From NCBI RefSeq assembly GCF_009914755.1, contig NC_060938.1: a stretch of 64,000 nucleotides of DNA; one strand, given 5' to 3'. This stretch comes from the human T2T-CHM13v2.0 reference genome, Homo sapiens. A program made the position numbers and the translations under genes. Below, piece after piece: positions 14,976 through 29,270 of this stretch. Below the pieces are notes generated by a model that had not been told where the DNA came from, did no database searches, and saw only the letters and a program-made list of their open reading frames with translations. Numbering within the stretch: position 1 is the first letter of the stretch; each line of letters opens with the position of its first letter.

Positions 14976-16143
14976 ATGCTCTCCTTTCTCTCTTTCTTGC
15001 TCAGCCAGACACATTCTCACATGCACAATTATGCACACACAGTCTTCCCTTATGTAGTGTTTTGGGCATACTTTTACATATATTTAGATATCCTCTGACA
15101 ACATCGTTTTAATACCTTACCACCTTCTACTTTGAGTTTGTGAGAGGGATTTTAAAACCAATAGCATATGGTGGGCATTAATAGATGACTTGCTTTAAAT
15201 ATAATTAACACATTTCCTATACGTCAAATTATCAGATAAAAAAGAGACATGTTCTCAAGGGGTTTTAATTTATATTACCAACTTGTTCTCCAGAAAAGTT
15301 AACTTAATAATCATTTTCTCATATCCTCAAAACCTGGGTATTTTTAAAATTTTAGTCATTTTGATAAAGTTTTTATTTGATTTTTCATTATTATTTAAGG
15401 TTTGTCTGATTTCTAGTGTGGTGGAACATTTGTTATAAGTTTATTTCTCCATTTCTTTGATTCTTCATTTTTATTAAGCAAAATTGCTGTAGTTCCTAAC
15501 TGGTTTTATATATTATTAAAGAAGTGCCCTAATGCATAATATATTCTAGTTATATCCAAGTCCTTGGTTTTATCTACATGCTTTTATTCTAGGCCTGAAA
15601 CCAGATTTTCATGAACTGAGTTTTGACAATGTTTATATATTTGTTACTAAACAAGTCATTGGATACACCTGGTATTTCCTCTAAAAGTGAAGAATTTACC
15701 AGAAGATAACAGGTAAAAACAGTCTGACATTTTGGTCTATATTCCACCTACTTATTGACTTGGCCTCCTATATATCTGGGACTAATAAAGAGAAACAAAG
15801 ATATAGGTAAAGGCATGTACATAAAAGAGTAAAGGTGTTAAAGTCATTTTATGATTTTACATTTTATCTTTATCTACCTATCTGGCTACTGAATAATTTA
15901 TTGTGAAACTATGCTAGGTGAAAAAAGAAGAGGTATTTATCACTTCACACTGGGATTGTGAATTCAGTTGCACTTTATCAGCTAGATAGGTAATAATTTT
16001 GATAGTTGATTTTGTGCTGGGTAGTATGCAGAGTTTTATACACACACACACATTGTATATATGTAAATATATGTCAAACACATTGACGATAGATACATAG
16101 AACAATCAATCAATCAGCCAATCACAAAGCTCTTCTTTCTCAT

Positions 16144-16695
16144 TGTGATGATTAATTTTAAGTGTCAATTTCATTGGATTGAAGGATGCAAAGTATTATT
16201 TCTGGGTGTGTCTGTGAGGATATTGCCAGTGGATATTAACGTTTGAGCCAGTGGACTGGGAGAGGAAGATCCACCCTCAGTGTGGCTGGGCACTATCCAA
16301 TTGGCTGCCAGAGCAACTAGAAAAGCAGGCAGCAGAAGGTGGAAGAAGATGGCTTGCTGAGTCTTCCAGGTTTCTTCTTTCTCCTATGCTGGATGCTTCC
16401 TGCCCTTGAACATCAGCCTCCAGGTTCTTCCACCTTTGGACTCTTGGACTTACACCAGTGGTTTGCCATGGGCTCTCGAGCCTTCGGCCACAGACTAAAA
16501 GCTGCACCATTCTTCCCTGCTTTTAAGGCTTTTGGACTTAGACTGAGCCACTACTGGCTTCCTTGTTCCTCATTTTGCAGATGGCCTATCAGGGCACTTC
16601 ACCTTGTGATCGTGTAAACCAATACTTCTTAATAAACTCTCTTTCATATAAATATATATCCTATTAATTCTGTCCCTATGGAGAACTCTAATACA
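16144..16695 (+). mobile_element. Solo LTR, MLT2A-like (ERVL)
   Basis: TGTGATG...GGATTGAAGGATGCAAAGTATT start; AATAAA; GGAGAACTCTAATACA end; TG...CA termini. Confidence 0.88.
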
Positions 16696-16837
16696 GTCGT
16701 CTATAATTCCTCTCACCTCTGATAGGCATTTTTATAAAATGCACAGACATTTTAGTGAATTTTACCATTGCACAATAGTAAATAAGAGAAATAACTAGAG
16801 TAACAAATTCAGTTAAAACATTCAAAACACTGAATCT

Positions 16838-17130
16838 TGTTTTTGTTTTTTTTTGAGACAGGATCTTACTGTCACCCAATCTGAAGTATAGCAGTGGCTC
16901 ACTGCATCCTCAAACTCCAGGGCTCAAGCAATCCTCCTGCCTCCACCTCCCTAGTAGCTGAGACTACAGGCTTGCACCACCATTTCTAGTTAACTTTTTA
17001 AAATTATTTTTAGTAGAGACAAGGTCTGGCTATGTTGCCCAGGCTGGTCTCAAACTTCTGGCTAAAGGGATTCTCCCATCTCAGCCTCCCAAAATGCTGG
17101 AATTACAGAAGGGAGCCACTGCTCCCAACC
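16838..17130 (-). mobile_element. Alu (AluJ)
   Basis: Diverged reverse Alu with AluJ-type GGCTCAAGCAATCC. Confidence 0.92.
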
Positions 17131-18049
17131 TGAAGAACTCTTTATATCCATTGTGATGTAAAGAAGTGCACGAGACATGAATCAATGCAACGCTGACTGC
17201 CATGGGTTACTAAAGCAATCTGGAGAAAGTTACAGAATCAAATAACAAACGAAGAGGATGCCTAGACCAGTACCAAGTACCAAAGCAGAATCTTCCAAGA
17301 GCCTCTCTTGAAAGAAAGGGTATCCCTAGTTTCCTAGAGAAAAGGGATAGGGCTAAACTGGAGCCGTAACTACAGAAAATATACAATTACACTGCACTGT
17401 GTGGAAGTATTTTTAAAACAACTTTTTGGTAATTTATGGGTGATTTAGTCCAAAGAGTAACTTAACTCTTCCTAATAAATAATGATATTTACTAAAGCCT
17501 GCATTAAAAGAACTCCTTTAGGTGCTTAAACTACTAAGCCAAATCAGCATTAGAATAAGGCACCTTGGTTCAAGGTTGGCTAGCCAGCTGGCTTCTAGTC
17601 CTTTTAGAATGCCACTGTCACTGTAGCCTAAGCCACCATCATATCTAACCTAGAACATTGCAAAGGACTCCTAATGGGCTTCCCTGAGTCCATGCTTGGT
17701 GTCCCTACACTTTACTTTTCACACAATAGCCAAAGTTTAAGTAGGGTTTCTTCCTATTGAATAGTATTGATGCTACTATTTAAATTACTGCCTTTGCAGT
17801 AAATGATTCAGGCAACTTCAGAGGAAAGAATTCATTATTTTCATGGCAAACTGGAGACACAAACACTAGCCTTCTCCATACCTTTCCATCAAACTGAAAA
17901 CACAGGACACAGAGTCCAGTGACATAAAATGTACCTTCTGTTCCGACAAGCAAACCATCTCTTCCTATGTATCTCAGGATAGCTACCTGAAATCCACCTG
18001 AAATCATTTGATTTCAGGTTATAATTATTTAAACTTGGTTTTCACTGAC

Positions 18050-19480
<1,431 letters not shown>

Positions 19481-19601
19481 TTAGATGCATGACTATATTA
19501 GAGGACATTAATTATCATCTAACATAATCTTGCCTTGATTTATAAGTGCCATTGGAGCAGTAAAACATATAGCAATACTAATGCAAAAATTACCAAAGTG
19601 A

Positions 19602-19897
19602 TTTTTTTTTTTTATGAGATGGAGTCTCATTCTGTTGCCAAGGCTGGAGTGTGGTGGCTTGATCTCAGCTCACTACAATCTCTGCCTCCTGGAATCAAGC
19701 TATTCTCCTGCCTTGGTCACCTGAGTAACTGGGATTACAGGCATATGCCACCATGCCCAGCTAACTTTTTGTATTTTTACTAGAGATGGGGTTTCACCAT
19801 GTTGGCCAGACTAGTCTTGAACTCCTGACCTCAAGTAATCCACTGCCTCAGCCACCCAAGGTGCTGGGATTACAGATATGAGCCACTGTGCCTGGCC
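19602..19897 (-). mobile_element. Alu (older AluS)
   Basis: Reverse full Alu; TSD CAAAGT. Confidence 0.94.
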
Positions 19898-20427
19898 CAA
19901 AGTAACTCTCTAAAAATAAATTAATAGATATAAAAACAGCTCTTACACACAAAAGGAGGGTCACTGAGCCAAAATTTTAAACTGGCAACCCAATTCATTA
20001 ATCCACCACTACTATTCTACCAAAACTATTTTGTCCAAATAAAAATTGTTTCTTTTGTAGATTACTGTATGTTTATTGTATCTGCAATATGGGTACAGAC
20101 CACTTATTCCCAATATGCGATTGCTTACATTATATTTTTAATTCGATTTCTCTATATTTTGTTCCCCTGCCCCATTTCCATACAGCACTCTTAATTGATT
20201 AATGGCAAATGTACTCCTTGGGCATATGCTTGGGATTCTCTAGAGTCTCCTTATACTAGCTTACGGTACAGATTTGATTGTCAGAACTTCCTCTGCCTTG
20301 AGCCTCCTCTCTCTTTAACAAAGGAAAAATTTTTAATAAAAATAAAAAAGATTTCCTTAAGAAACTCTTGATTGTTTAAAAAAGTGTCCAAAACTCCATT
20401 TAATCTCTCAATATTTATTAATAAATT

Positions 20428-20590
20428 GTTTTTTTAAATTTCTTTTGAGATACAGCCTCGTTCTGTCACCCAGGCTGGAGTGCACTGAAGCAATCCTAGC
20501 TCCCTGCAGCCTCAAACTCCTGGGCTTAGGTGATCCTCCTGCTTCCGCCTCTCAAATAGCTAGGAGCACAGGCAAGTGCCACCACACCCA
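20428..20590 (-). mobile_element. FRAM / AluJ right-arm fragment
   Basis: TGTCACCCAGGCTGGAGTGCA...GCCACCACACCC. Confidence 0.85.
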
Positions 20591-21912
20591 AAACATTCTT
20601 TTAAATTATCCTTTTATTAAAAGGTAAGAAGAGTGAAGGGAATATTTAAGAATGTTCAAGAATTTTTAATTGCTTAATTAAAATGGCTTAAATTTATTTA
20701 ATGTTTCAGAATTTTTTCCTCCAGACTTGTATGTACTCATTGTCTTTTTTCTATCCATTGAGGGGAGTCAACAGTTTCAAAGATCACAATGTTTGCAATT
20801 GATCACATGTATTTTCCAGGATTATTTATTCCAGTTTTAGGTTGCCTAAATGTTCCATATAAATAAACCTGTTTTATTTATATATTGGTTTTCAAAACCA
20901 TACTATTTTTAATTTAAATTAAATATTTTCTAAGAATTATTTACTTGGGATTGTATCTTTAAAATTTACCTGCATTTGCTTTTTCAGTAAATTTCTGGAA
21001 TACTTTATATATGGCTAAAGACCAAAGATGTGGTGACCGTTCTTTTTTCCCCAAGCTGGAACCCCTATCATAATACAGAGCCAATCTAAATGAGATTTAA
21101 AAGTTTATGCCCAAGGGAAGTGCTTGCTATTAACTAGCAATGTATACAATTAAACTTAAAGCATGGTCACAGTGTTTTAATCAGGAAAGCTAATAGTCAT
21201 TTCTGTCCTGTGGGGTAATAAATGAAGGCAAAAGCAATTGAACAAGCTTTCTGATGTGCTAAGTGATATATGGGCTCTCTTGAGTCACCAAATTGGAAGG
21301 ACCACATGCTTAGTTAATCAACACTGCACAGTCATATTGGGGGAGAGGTGATAAATTTAACAGATGTTACACTAGCAGGGGTCGGGGTAAAATGGACTTG
21401 ATCCACCACCTCAGTAATTAAAGTGATGTCTTTAAATGCCTATTATCAAATGCCTGACTATAAAAGAGAAAGAATTTTTTACTCTCAGTCATTCACTGTA
21501 AGTGAATTTAGTAATACTATCCACCACAATAGTCTAAGCTGGCCACTGACTAATACATATTGACTAATATGTTGACAGGGTAGAAAATCAGATCCCAGGA
21601 GACCAGTTAATGTACTTCTTTCTAGAATTTTCAGGGCAGATTAGAACAAAATCACATCCATAGGAAACCATTAAGACTACACTCAGGTGATAAGTTACTG
21701 TTCCTATAGGCTTTTCTCCTTCAAGGATGAGCCATATACTCTCTGACTAGAAACATTGTTTCTCTTGCACACAATGTAAGAGCAAATGGACCAAAGGAAT
21801 TTGTAGCCAAAATGTAGTGATTTTTCCATTTCAAGCACGTATACCACAGCTTGTATTTGTAAATGCGTTAGAATGAGCAAGTCATACTTCCGCAATTAAA
21901 AATTTGATGCCA

Positions 21913-22236
<324 letters not shown>

Positions 22237-22878
22237 TTGATGCCTGTTTTTGAATAAAACCTTTTCTGTTCTGAAATTCCAGTCACTGTTTAAACTTTTA
22301 CAACATGAAAGATGAATTAAATAGCATATATGGATTCTTCCTATCAATAGAGAGAACAGAGTTTTTGCTTATAAGTCTTCACAGTCCACAAAATTTCAAC
22401 TTTTTTTTCACCATTTCCATCATCTCTACCCACTACCTTCAGACCTACAGTTGTACTGTTGCTTTTTGTTTGGTTTTGGTTTAGCCAGAAAAGAATGATG
22501 TCTTGGATCATGGCCATTTTCCTTTCTTTCGTAACTTCAGGAATAGAGAAGAAAGCGCTCTGTCTCTTCCCTGCTTTATGTATCCTCAGCATTGGATGGA
22601 AATACCCTAAAAAGTAAACCTAAGGAGAGAAATAAAGGAGATATTTTTAAACATTCTCCTTACTCATCTCGTCTGATGTCCTGAAAACTCTGCCAAATTC
22701 TAAAGCTTCCCTTAACCGCAACTTAGACTGAACTTTAAGACCAAGAGCCACTGGAATTGAAATTCAGGTCTACACTTTACTGATGACAATGTTCACCAAT
22801 TAAATTATTCCTGCAGCATATTAGTTTGAAGAGGTTATTTTAAGTATCTCATCTATTTGCCTCACCTGGCTTCCTTTC

Positions 22879-23270
22879 TGTTCTGGGTTAAATAATGGTA
22901 TCCTCTTCAAAATTCATATGTTGAAACTTAACACCAATGTGATAGTGTTAAGAGGTGGAGTCTTTAAGACGTGATTAATTCATGAGGGTAGACCCCTCAT
23001 GGATGGGATTAAGGCCCTTATAAAAGGGCTTGAGTGAGTAGATTGGCTCTGTTGCCCTTATGCCATGTGAGGACACAGAGAATCCTCCAGAAGATGCAGC
23101 CACAAGGTACCATCTTGGAAGCAGAAATCAGGCCCATACCAGACACCAAACGTGCCAATGCTTTCATCTTGGACTTCTCAACCTCCAGAACTGTGAGAAA
23201 TATGTTGCTATTGTTTATAAATTTTCCAGTCTGTGATATTTTGTTACAGCAGCCTAACTGGACTAAGACA
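22879..23270 (+). mobile_element. Solo LTR, MLT1A/MST-like (MaLR)
   Basis: AAAATTCATATGTTGAAAC...GGACTAAGACA; flanks CTTTC/CTCTC resemble a 5-bp TSD. Confidence 0.85.
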
Positions 23271-23700
23271 CTCTCTCACATGACTGGCTAAGCCCAAACT
23301 CTCCGAGCCTCAGTTCCTCAACCATAAAATGAAAATGAAGATAATACCCACTTTATCTCCTTGCACATTATTAATGAAATAATTCTCATTAGAATAAAAA
23401 TGAATAATTTATAACAAAATAATTAATGTTCCATGTAAAAAGTATGTGTGAGTATAATGTATTAAAAACCTGCTTGTCCTCCATACTCTCTCTCAAAATT
23501 CCCACTCCTTTGAGGTAGCTTCTGTTAGCTGACCTCTATTCTTCTAAACATGTCTCTGATCTAGAAAGAAGCAAGCAAGCCATGGTTGATTCATAACTGA
23601 AATATAAGCAATGGAAAGAATGTAGCATATGAAATCATAGATTAATTACCCAAGATGGCAAAAATAGAAAAAAAAATACATATATATAAAGTAAGATCAC

Positions 23701-23998
23701 AGCCAGGGTTGGCCGCTCATGCCTGTAATTCCAGCACTTTGGGAAGCCAAGGCAGGCAGATCACCTAGGTTAGGAGTTCGAGACAAGCCTGGCCAACATG
23801 GTGAAACCCTGTCTCTAGTAAAAACACAAAAATTATCCAGGTGTGGTGGTGTGTGCCTGTAATCTCAGCTACTCAGGAGGCAGAACAGGAGAATCGCTTG
23901 AAACCATGAGGCAGAGGTTGCAGTGAGCCAGGATTGCCACTGCACTCCAGCCTGGGCAACAGAGCAAAACTCCGTCTAAAAAAAAAAAAAAAAAAAAA
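23701..23998 (+). mobile_element. Alu (AluS)
   Basis: Full Alu with A-tail; ATCAC repeated at both ends. Confidence 0.95.
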
Positions 23999-24358
23999 TC
24001 ACAAATCCACTGTTCTACTTCTTTTTGTTATTGTTTTACTGAGTTTTACTCTTTATAGGATACAATAGTCCTATTTCAATATCTTAGTATCTGAAATAGC
24101 TACCTGATACTTCACTGTATGAATGTATCAAATTGTATTTAACTACTCTTGATGGACAATAGGGTAGTTTCAAAGTTGGATAGATATTACGAAAGGCCTT
24201 TCATTAAAATTTTCATCTGTACTTTTACTCAAGACCACCATTAGAGCTGGGCAACCAGGGCCCCTGTCCTAACCCCTGCTTCAGAGGGCTCCTTCTCTGG
24301 TCCTGCTCCAGCTATGATCCTGACCCTGCCAAGAATGGGAAAAAAACTCCAGGGCTAA

Positions 24359-24626
24359 TATATCAGTCCATTCTCATGCTGCTAATAAAGACATGCCCGA
24401 GACTGGTAATTCCATGTGGCTGGGGAGGCCTCATAGTGCAAGGGAACTGCCCCTTTATAAAACCATCAGATCTTGAGAGACCTATTCACTACCATGAGAA
24501 CAGCCTGGGAAAGACCCACCCCCATGATTCAATGACCTCCCACTGGGTTCCTCCTAAGACACATGGGAATTATGGGAGCTACAATTCGAGATGAGATTTG
24601 GCTGGGGACATAGTCAAACAATATCA
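24359..24626 (-). mobile_element. THE1-like solo LTR with internal deletions (MaLR)
   Basis: GTCCATTCTCATGCTGCTAATAAAGAC...AAAACCATCAGATC...GAGATTTGG...ATATCA; TSD-like GCTAA/ACTAA. Confidence 0.85.
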
Positions 24627-25529
24627 ACTAAAGAGACGCCTAGCTAGCCAGAAGCTGTATACTCTATTTTAGATCATTATCTAAGTACCTGGAACTGGAG
24701 AATTCCCTGTCTAAACAGCCCTGACCCTGCTTCCAGGTACTGAAAGGACTTCTTAGCTGGGTCTGCTCTTTCTCAGGGTGAATTACAGGTGCACACACCC
24801 AGGATTGTGGAGTGGCCAAGGAATGTTGTTTGAAGGTGGGTATGGAGGAATTGAATTTAAATGCAGAGACTTAGATTGTTCACACATATGTTGCAAGTTC
24901 CCTTCCGGAACCGGATAACACTACAGGGTGACCAAAAAAAAAAGGGTTCCACAGAAACCTGGAAGCTTTCCTTCATACTCTTGTCCTGGGCCTGTAAATT
25001 TAAGAGCTTATCTGCTTTCACTTACAGGATCTAAGAGTTTTGTTTCCTGAAAACTTGCTATCAGTTGGTATTATAATTTCTTCTCATTTTTGACACTCTG
25101 AGGGTTTAAAAACTCATGTATTATTATTTTAATTTGCATTTATGTAGTTCATATTTTCACATACTAATTATTTCCATTTTTCCCAATACACTGATTTTTA
25201 TTATCTATTTTAAAAACTAAATAGTCACTGATCTGTTCTCCCTCTATGTAATCTTGTCATTTTGAAAATGTTATATAAATGCAATCATATAGTATGTGAC
25301 CTCTTGAAATTGCCTTTTTGCATTTAGCAAAATACCCTTGAGATCTGTCCAAGTTGTTGCATGTAGCAGCAGTTTACTCCCGCTTATGTCTAAGTAGTAG
25401 TCCATGGTATATGTGCACAGCTGTTTCAAACTATTACTTCTTCAAGGGCATTTTTGTGGTTTCTAGTTTTTTACTATTTCAACCTAATCTGCTATGAAAA
25501 TTTATGTACAAGATTTTGTGTGGACTACA

Positions 25530-25806
25530 GAGGTAGCAAGAGAGAATGCTGTGATAGAATGTTCTATATCTTGATACCCCCATGTATGTCTACATGATGA
25601 TTATAATTTCTACAAATGATACCATGTGATAAAATGGCATTGAACTATTCATGTAAATTGCACCAATGTCAATATCCTGGTTCTGCTAACTGCAGTTATG
25701 TAAGATGCAATTACTTGCATAAACTATGTGAAGTGTACATGGAACTACTCTGTGCTATCTTTGCAACTTCCAGTGTATCCATAATTTAAAAATAAAATTT
25801 TAAAAA
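25530..25806 (+). mobile_element. Old L1M (L1MC/MD-like) 3' end, adjacent to an antisense L1M relic at ~25030-25525
   Basis: CCAATGTCAATATCCTGG...TATCTTTGCAACTTCC...AAAATAAAA 3'-terminal pattern. Confidence 0.7.
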
Positions 25807-27009
25807 TTGGTATTTCCTTTATTAATTTATAATTACTATTTTCAAAAGAAAGTTAGTACTTCTGTTGTGACTTTCAGGTTTTGTCTTTTTATTTCTACAA
25901 GTGATAACTTATCCTCTTCTGAATATTTGTTTTATGTAGTTTAATAAACCACAGAAAACAGGCCAAAAGGAAAATATCCAACATTGTAATCAAACTCATT
26001 AAATTTTCCAAATGAGGCTTCTGGTTTTTGTGTCACATTGACAAAGATTGCTTTATCCAAAGATGACAATTTATTTAAAAATCTGCTAAAATCTAATTCC
26101 TAATATTTTAATGTTTATTTTCATTAATAAATTTGGTCTTTAATTTTTACTTTTTATCTATAATTGTAAGGTGTTGGTGTCAAATTTTTCTCTCATGTCA
26201 AAACTTTTAGCCTTTTCTATATTCTAGAACACTGAAATAATAGTATAATATTCTGTCCTTTGAAACTTTTAAAGAAATCCCCGAGAAACAACTTAAGCTG
26301 GGAGTTTTAGGTTTTTGTTTGTTTGCTTGTTTGTTTTTTCATTGTAACTCTTTGACCACGCTCTCACTTTCTTCCACATTCAGGCTGTTTCTCTTCCAGA
26401 GTTAACTTTGCCTGGGAAGCGGTGAATTTCATCAAGGTTTTCAAACTAATTCACTAGTTTTAAGACATTGCAAAAAAAAAAAAGAATGTGGTCTGTAATA
26501 TTTTAAAGTTTTTTTTTTTTTTACTTCATAGAGGCTTTTAAAATATCTAAATATATGGTCAAGTTTTATTAATATTCTATCATTACCTGAAATTAAAGCG
26601 AATTATCTGATTTTAAACTATATACACATACATGTACACCATATCCACATAAATCAATATATGAGATACACCTCAATTGTACAAATCAGATTCTCTATCT
26701 CCTTACAGTGGTATATTTGTGTTTCTATATCTTCATTAAAAGTAAATTAACTGATAAAGTCTACAAGAAATGAATTAAAATTTCCTTACTACAGTTATGT
26801 GTTTTTATAAATTTCTTCCCTTTCCTGAAGTGTTTTGATGTATTTTGATACTGTATTTTAATGACAAAAAATTACTTCATCTTCAGTGTAAAATTTAATC
26901 CCTATCATTATAAAGCAACATTTACCCTTACTTAATATTTATATGAATTCAACATGAACAGATGGTTAATACTATAGCTTCCCTATTTCCTAGTGTTAAG
27001 CTTTCCTTT

Positions 27010-27460
27010 ATAAGGTAGATGGCAAAATTGGCTCCAGTACTTGTTAACTTCTCCCGTAAGAGATGAGTCTGTCCTTATTCCTTGGGACATGCTTTGACCA
27101 GTGGAATGTTTCAGAGTGGATTTCTGCTCTAGTTTTATCTTTTGCTTTTGGAATCCTATCATCTTTACCTGCGAAGAAGTCTGGACTATTCTCAGGGATG
27201 AGAAACATGTGACCCCCACCATTGTCCTAACTGACAGCCTGCCAACCATCAGATGTGTGAGTGAGGCCATCCTAGCTCATCCAATGGTTGGGGGACATGC
27301 AGCTGAATGCAAGATGCGTGAGGGCCCAGAGAGATCAGTCAAGTTATCTAGAACAGAACAACTGAGCCCACACACAGAATCATGAACTAAACAAAGGGTT
27401 ATTGTTTTAGATCACCAAATTTCAGGTAGATTTGTTTCATAGCAAAAGTTAATTGATATA
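27010..27460 (+). mobile_element. Solo LTR, older MLT1 (H-like)
   Basis: GCCAACCATCAGATGTGTGAGTGAGGCCATCC...TTGTTTCATAGCAAAAGTTAATTGATATA MLT1 3' end. Confidence 0.75.
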
Positions 27461-28074
27461 GGTTGGTTGATTGGTTGACAGAATTCATAGCTAAGATTTT
27501 TTCTTCTGTGGTCTCTAACAGGTAGCATACCCTCTAAGTTCTTTATTGTTCAAAAATGATTGCCTTTTGCCCTTATTCACGGACAAAAATTTAGCTAGTT
27601 ATTAAATTTTGAATCACAATTTTTAACCTCAGAAATCTACAGACAAGATCTACTGTCTCTTGACATTGCACATTACTATGGGGAATCTGAGTTTAGCCTT
27701 TTTCCCTCCTAAAGGTAACTGCTTTTTCTGATGGATGACCATAATATTTTTTATTTAATCTTGAATATTAATATCTATACAATACTACCCCTCAGGGTTG
27801 TTCATGCTACTTTTCCTGGAACATAGTATTCATCTTAGATTTGTAAATTCAGTTCTTTTATATAGAGAAAATTTTATTGCTTTTCTGTATTTAATCCAAT
27901 CTCTAATTCAGATATAAAAATCATACAAAGTTTATATCCCCATTCTCTGGTCGTTATAGCTATTTGCTTTCCTTATCTTGTCTATGTAATTTCCTCATGC
28001 ATATTCTTGGTTCCACATTGTCTAGCAGTGAGGGTACAGAACTGAAAGAATTTTAGAGATACATAATTTTTTAC

Positions 28075-28262
28075 CACCTGGACTCCTAACAAAGATGTAG
28101 CATGGGCATAATGTCTGTGCCTCGGTTTTCTTGTCTGTAAAATGTGGATAATAGTAACAGCTAAAATGCAAGTCTTCCAATATTTCAATGAGCCTGTAGG
28201 AGTAAGGCATTCAGCAGAGTTTCTGGTAAGTAGTAAGTAAACATTAGCTTTTATTAGCATTA
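28075..28262 (+). mobile_element. MIR
   Basis: TCTGTGCCTCGGTTTTCTTGTCTGTAAAATGTGGATAATAGTA core. Confidence 0.75.
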
Positions 28263-28809
28263 TAAATTATCACTGGCTCATTTTTCATCACATATACTCT
28301 TTTGCTTCTAATATGGTTTCATTTTTATAATGGCTTTATTATCTTCAATTTCTTTCCTTAGCGCTCCAATCCTACTTTTCAATTTCTTCTGTTTTTCTGT
28401 TTTCTTTAAACTCTTCTTCAGCTTCTCTAGTATGTGTCCTTTCCCTTTTTCCCCCCATTAGAGTACATGATCTCTTTTATTTCAACATACTTTTTAGAGT
28501 CAATTTCTATTTTTCTAATGTAAACTAAGTAGTCTCATGGGCACACTGTAAGCCATTCCAACTGTGGTGATCTGTTCAATCTGAAAAGAGAAATTCCACA
28601 AAAACAAGGTAAGGTCGTCTTTGAAGTGATTTAGCATTTATTTATTTCTTGAAAACTGCAAATCTAGTTTCTGCTTCCATCCTGTCATCTATCCTACCTT
28701 ATCTCTATCAATTCTTTCTGTTAGAACTTACAGTTGCCTAAAGTAATAATCTCATTTTACAGCAGGTACTGCTATGTGCTTCACATCACTCCACTTATTA
28801 TTTTAGCTG

Positions 28810-29270
28810 TAGTGCTAGTGGAGAGTTCTATTTGAGCTCAGTCTCACATCACACCATCGGCATCCAATCTGAAGTTTAAGCTGTGTATCACTCTGCTTTC
28901 AGTGTCACTGATTTCTTAAGAGCCTGTTCATCTGCCCACAAGTGCTGCTTGGCAGCATGGGCGTGGTCAGGACCCCTGAGGCAATCTTCAGCCAGTAGAG
29001 AGAGAACACTGGAGATAAATGCTTTGTCTCCTGTCCTTCAACTGACCAATTCTGAGAGGCATTCTGTGTACTTCAGAGGTTCCAGTGGAATCACATGCTT
29101 ATTACTTACTGTAGCAACTTTGATAACACACCTGCACATAGGCTTTCTCTGCATCCTTGTCTTAACTTTTCTGCTCTCTAGCTCCTGCTTCTTGAGTCAC
29201 TTTCTAAATAATCTCTCTGTGCCAAAATCCTTGTCTCAGGTTCTGCTTTGAAGAAACGCAAACTAAAACA
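28810..29270 (+). mobile_element. Solo LTR, LTR16-like (ERVL)
   Basis: GGAGATAAATGC...AATCCTTGTCTCAGGTTCTGCTTTGAAGAAACGCAAACTAAAACA, LTR16-type 3' end. Confidence 0.7.
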
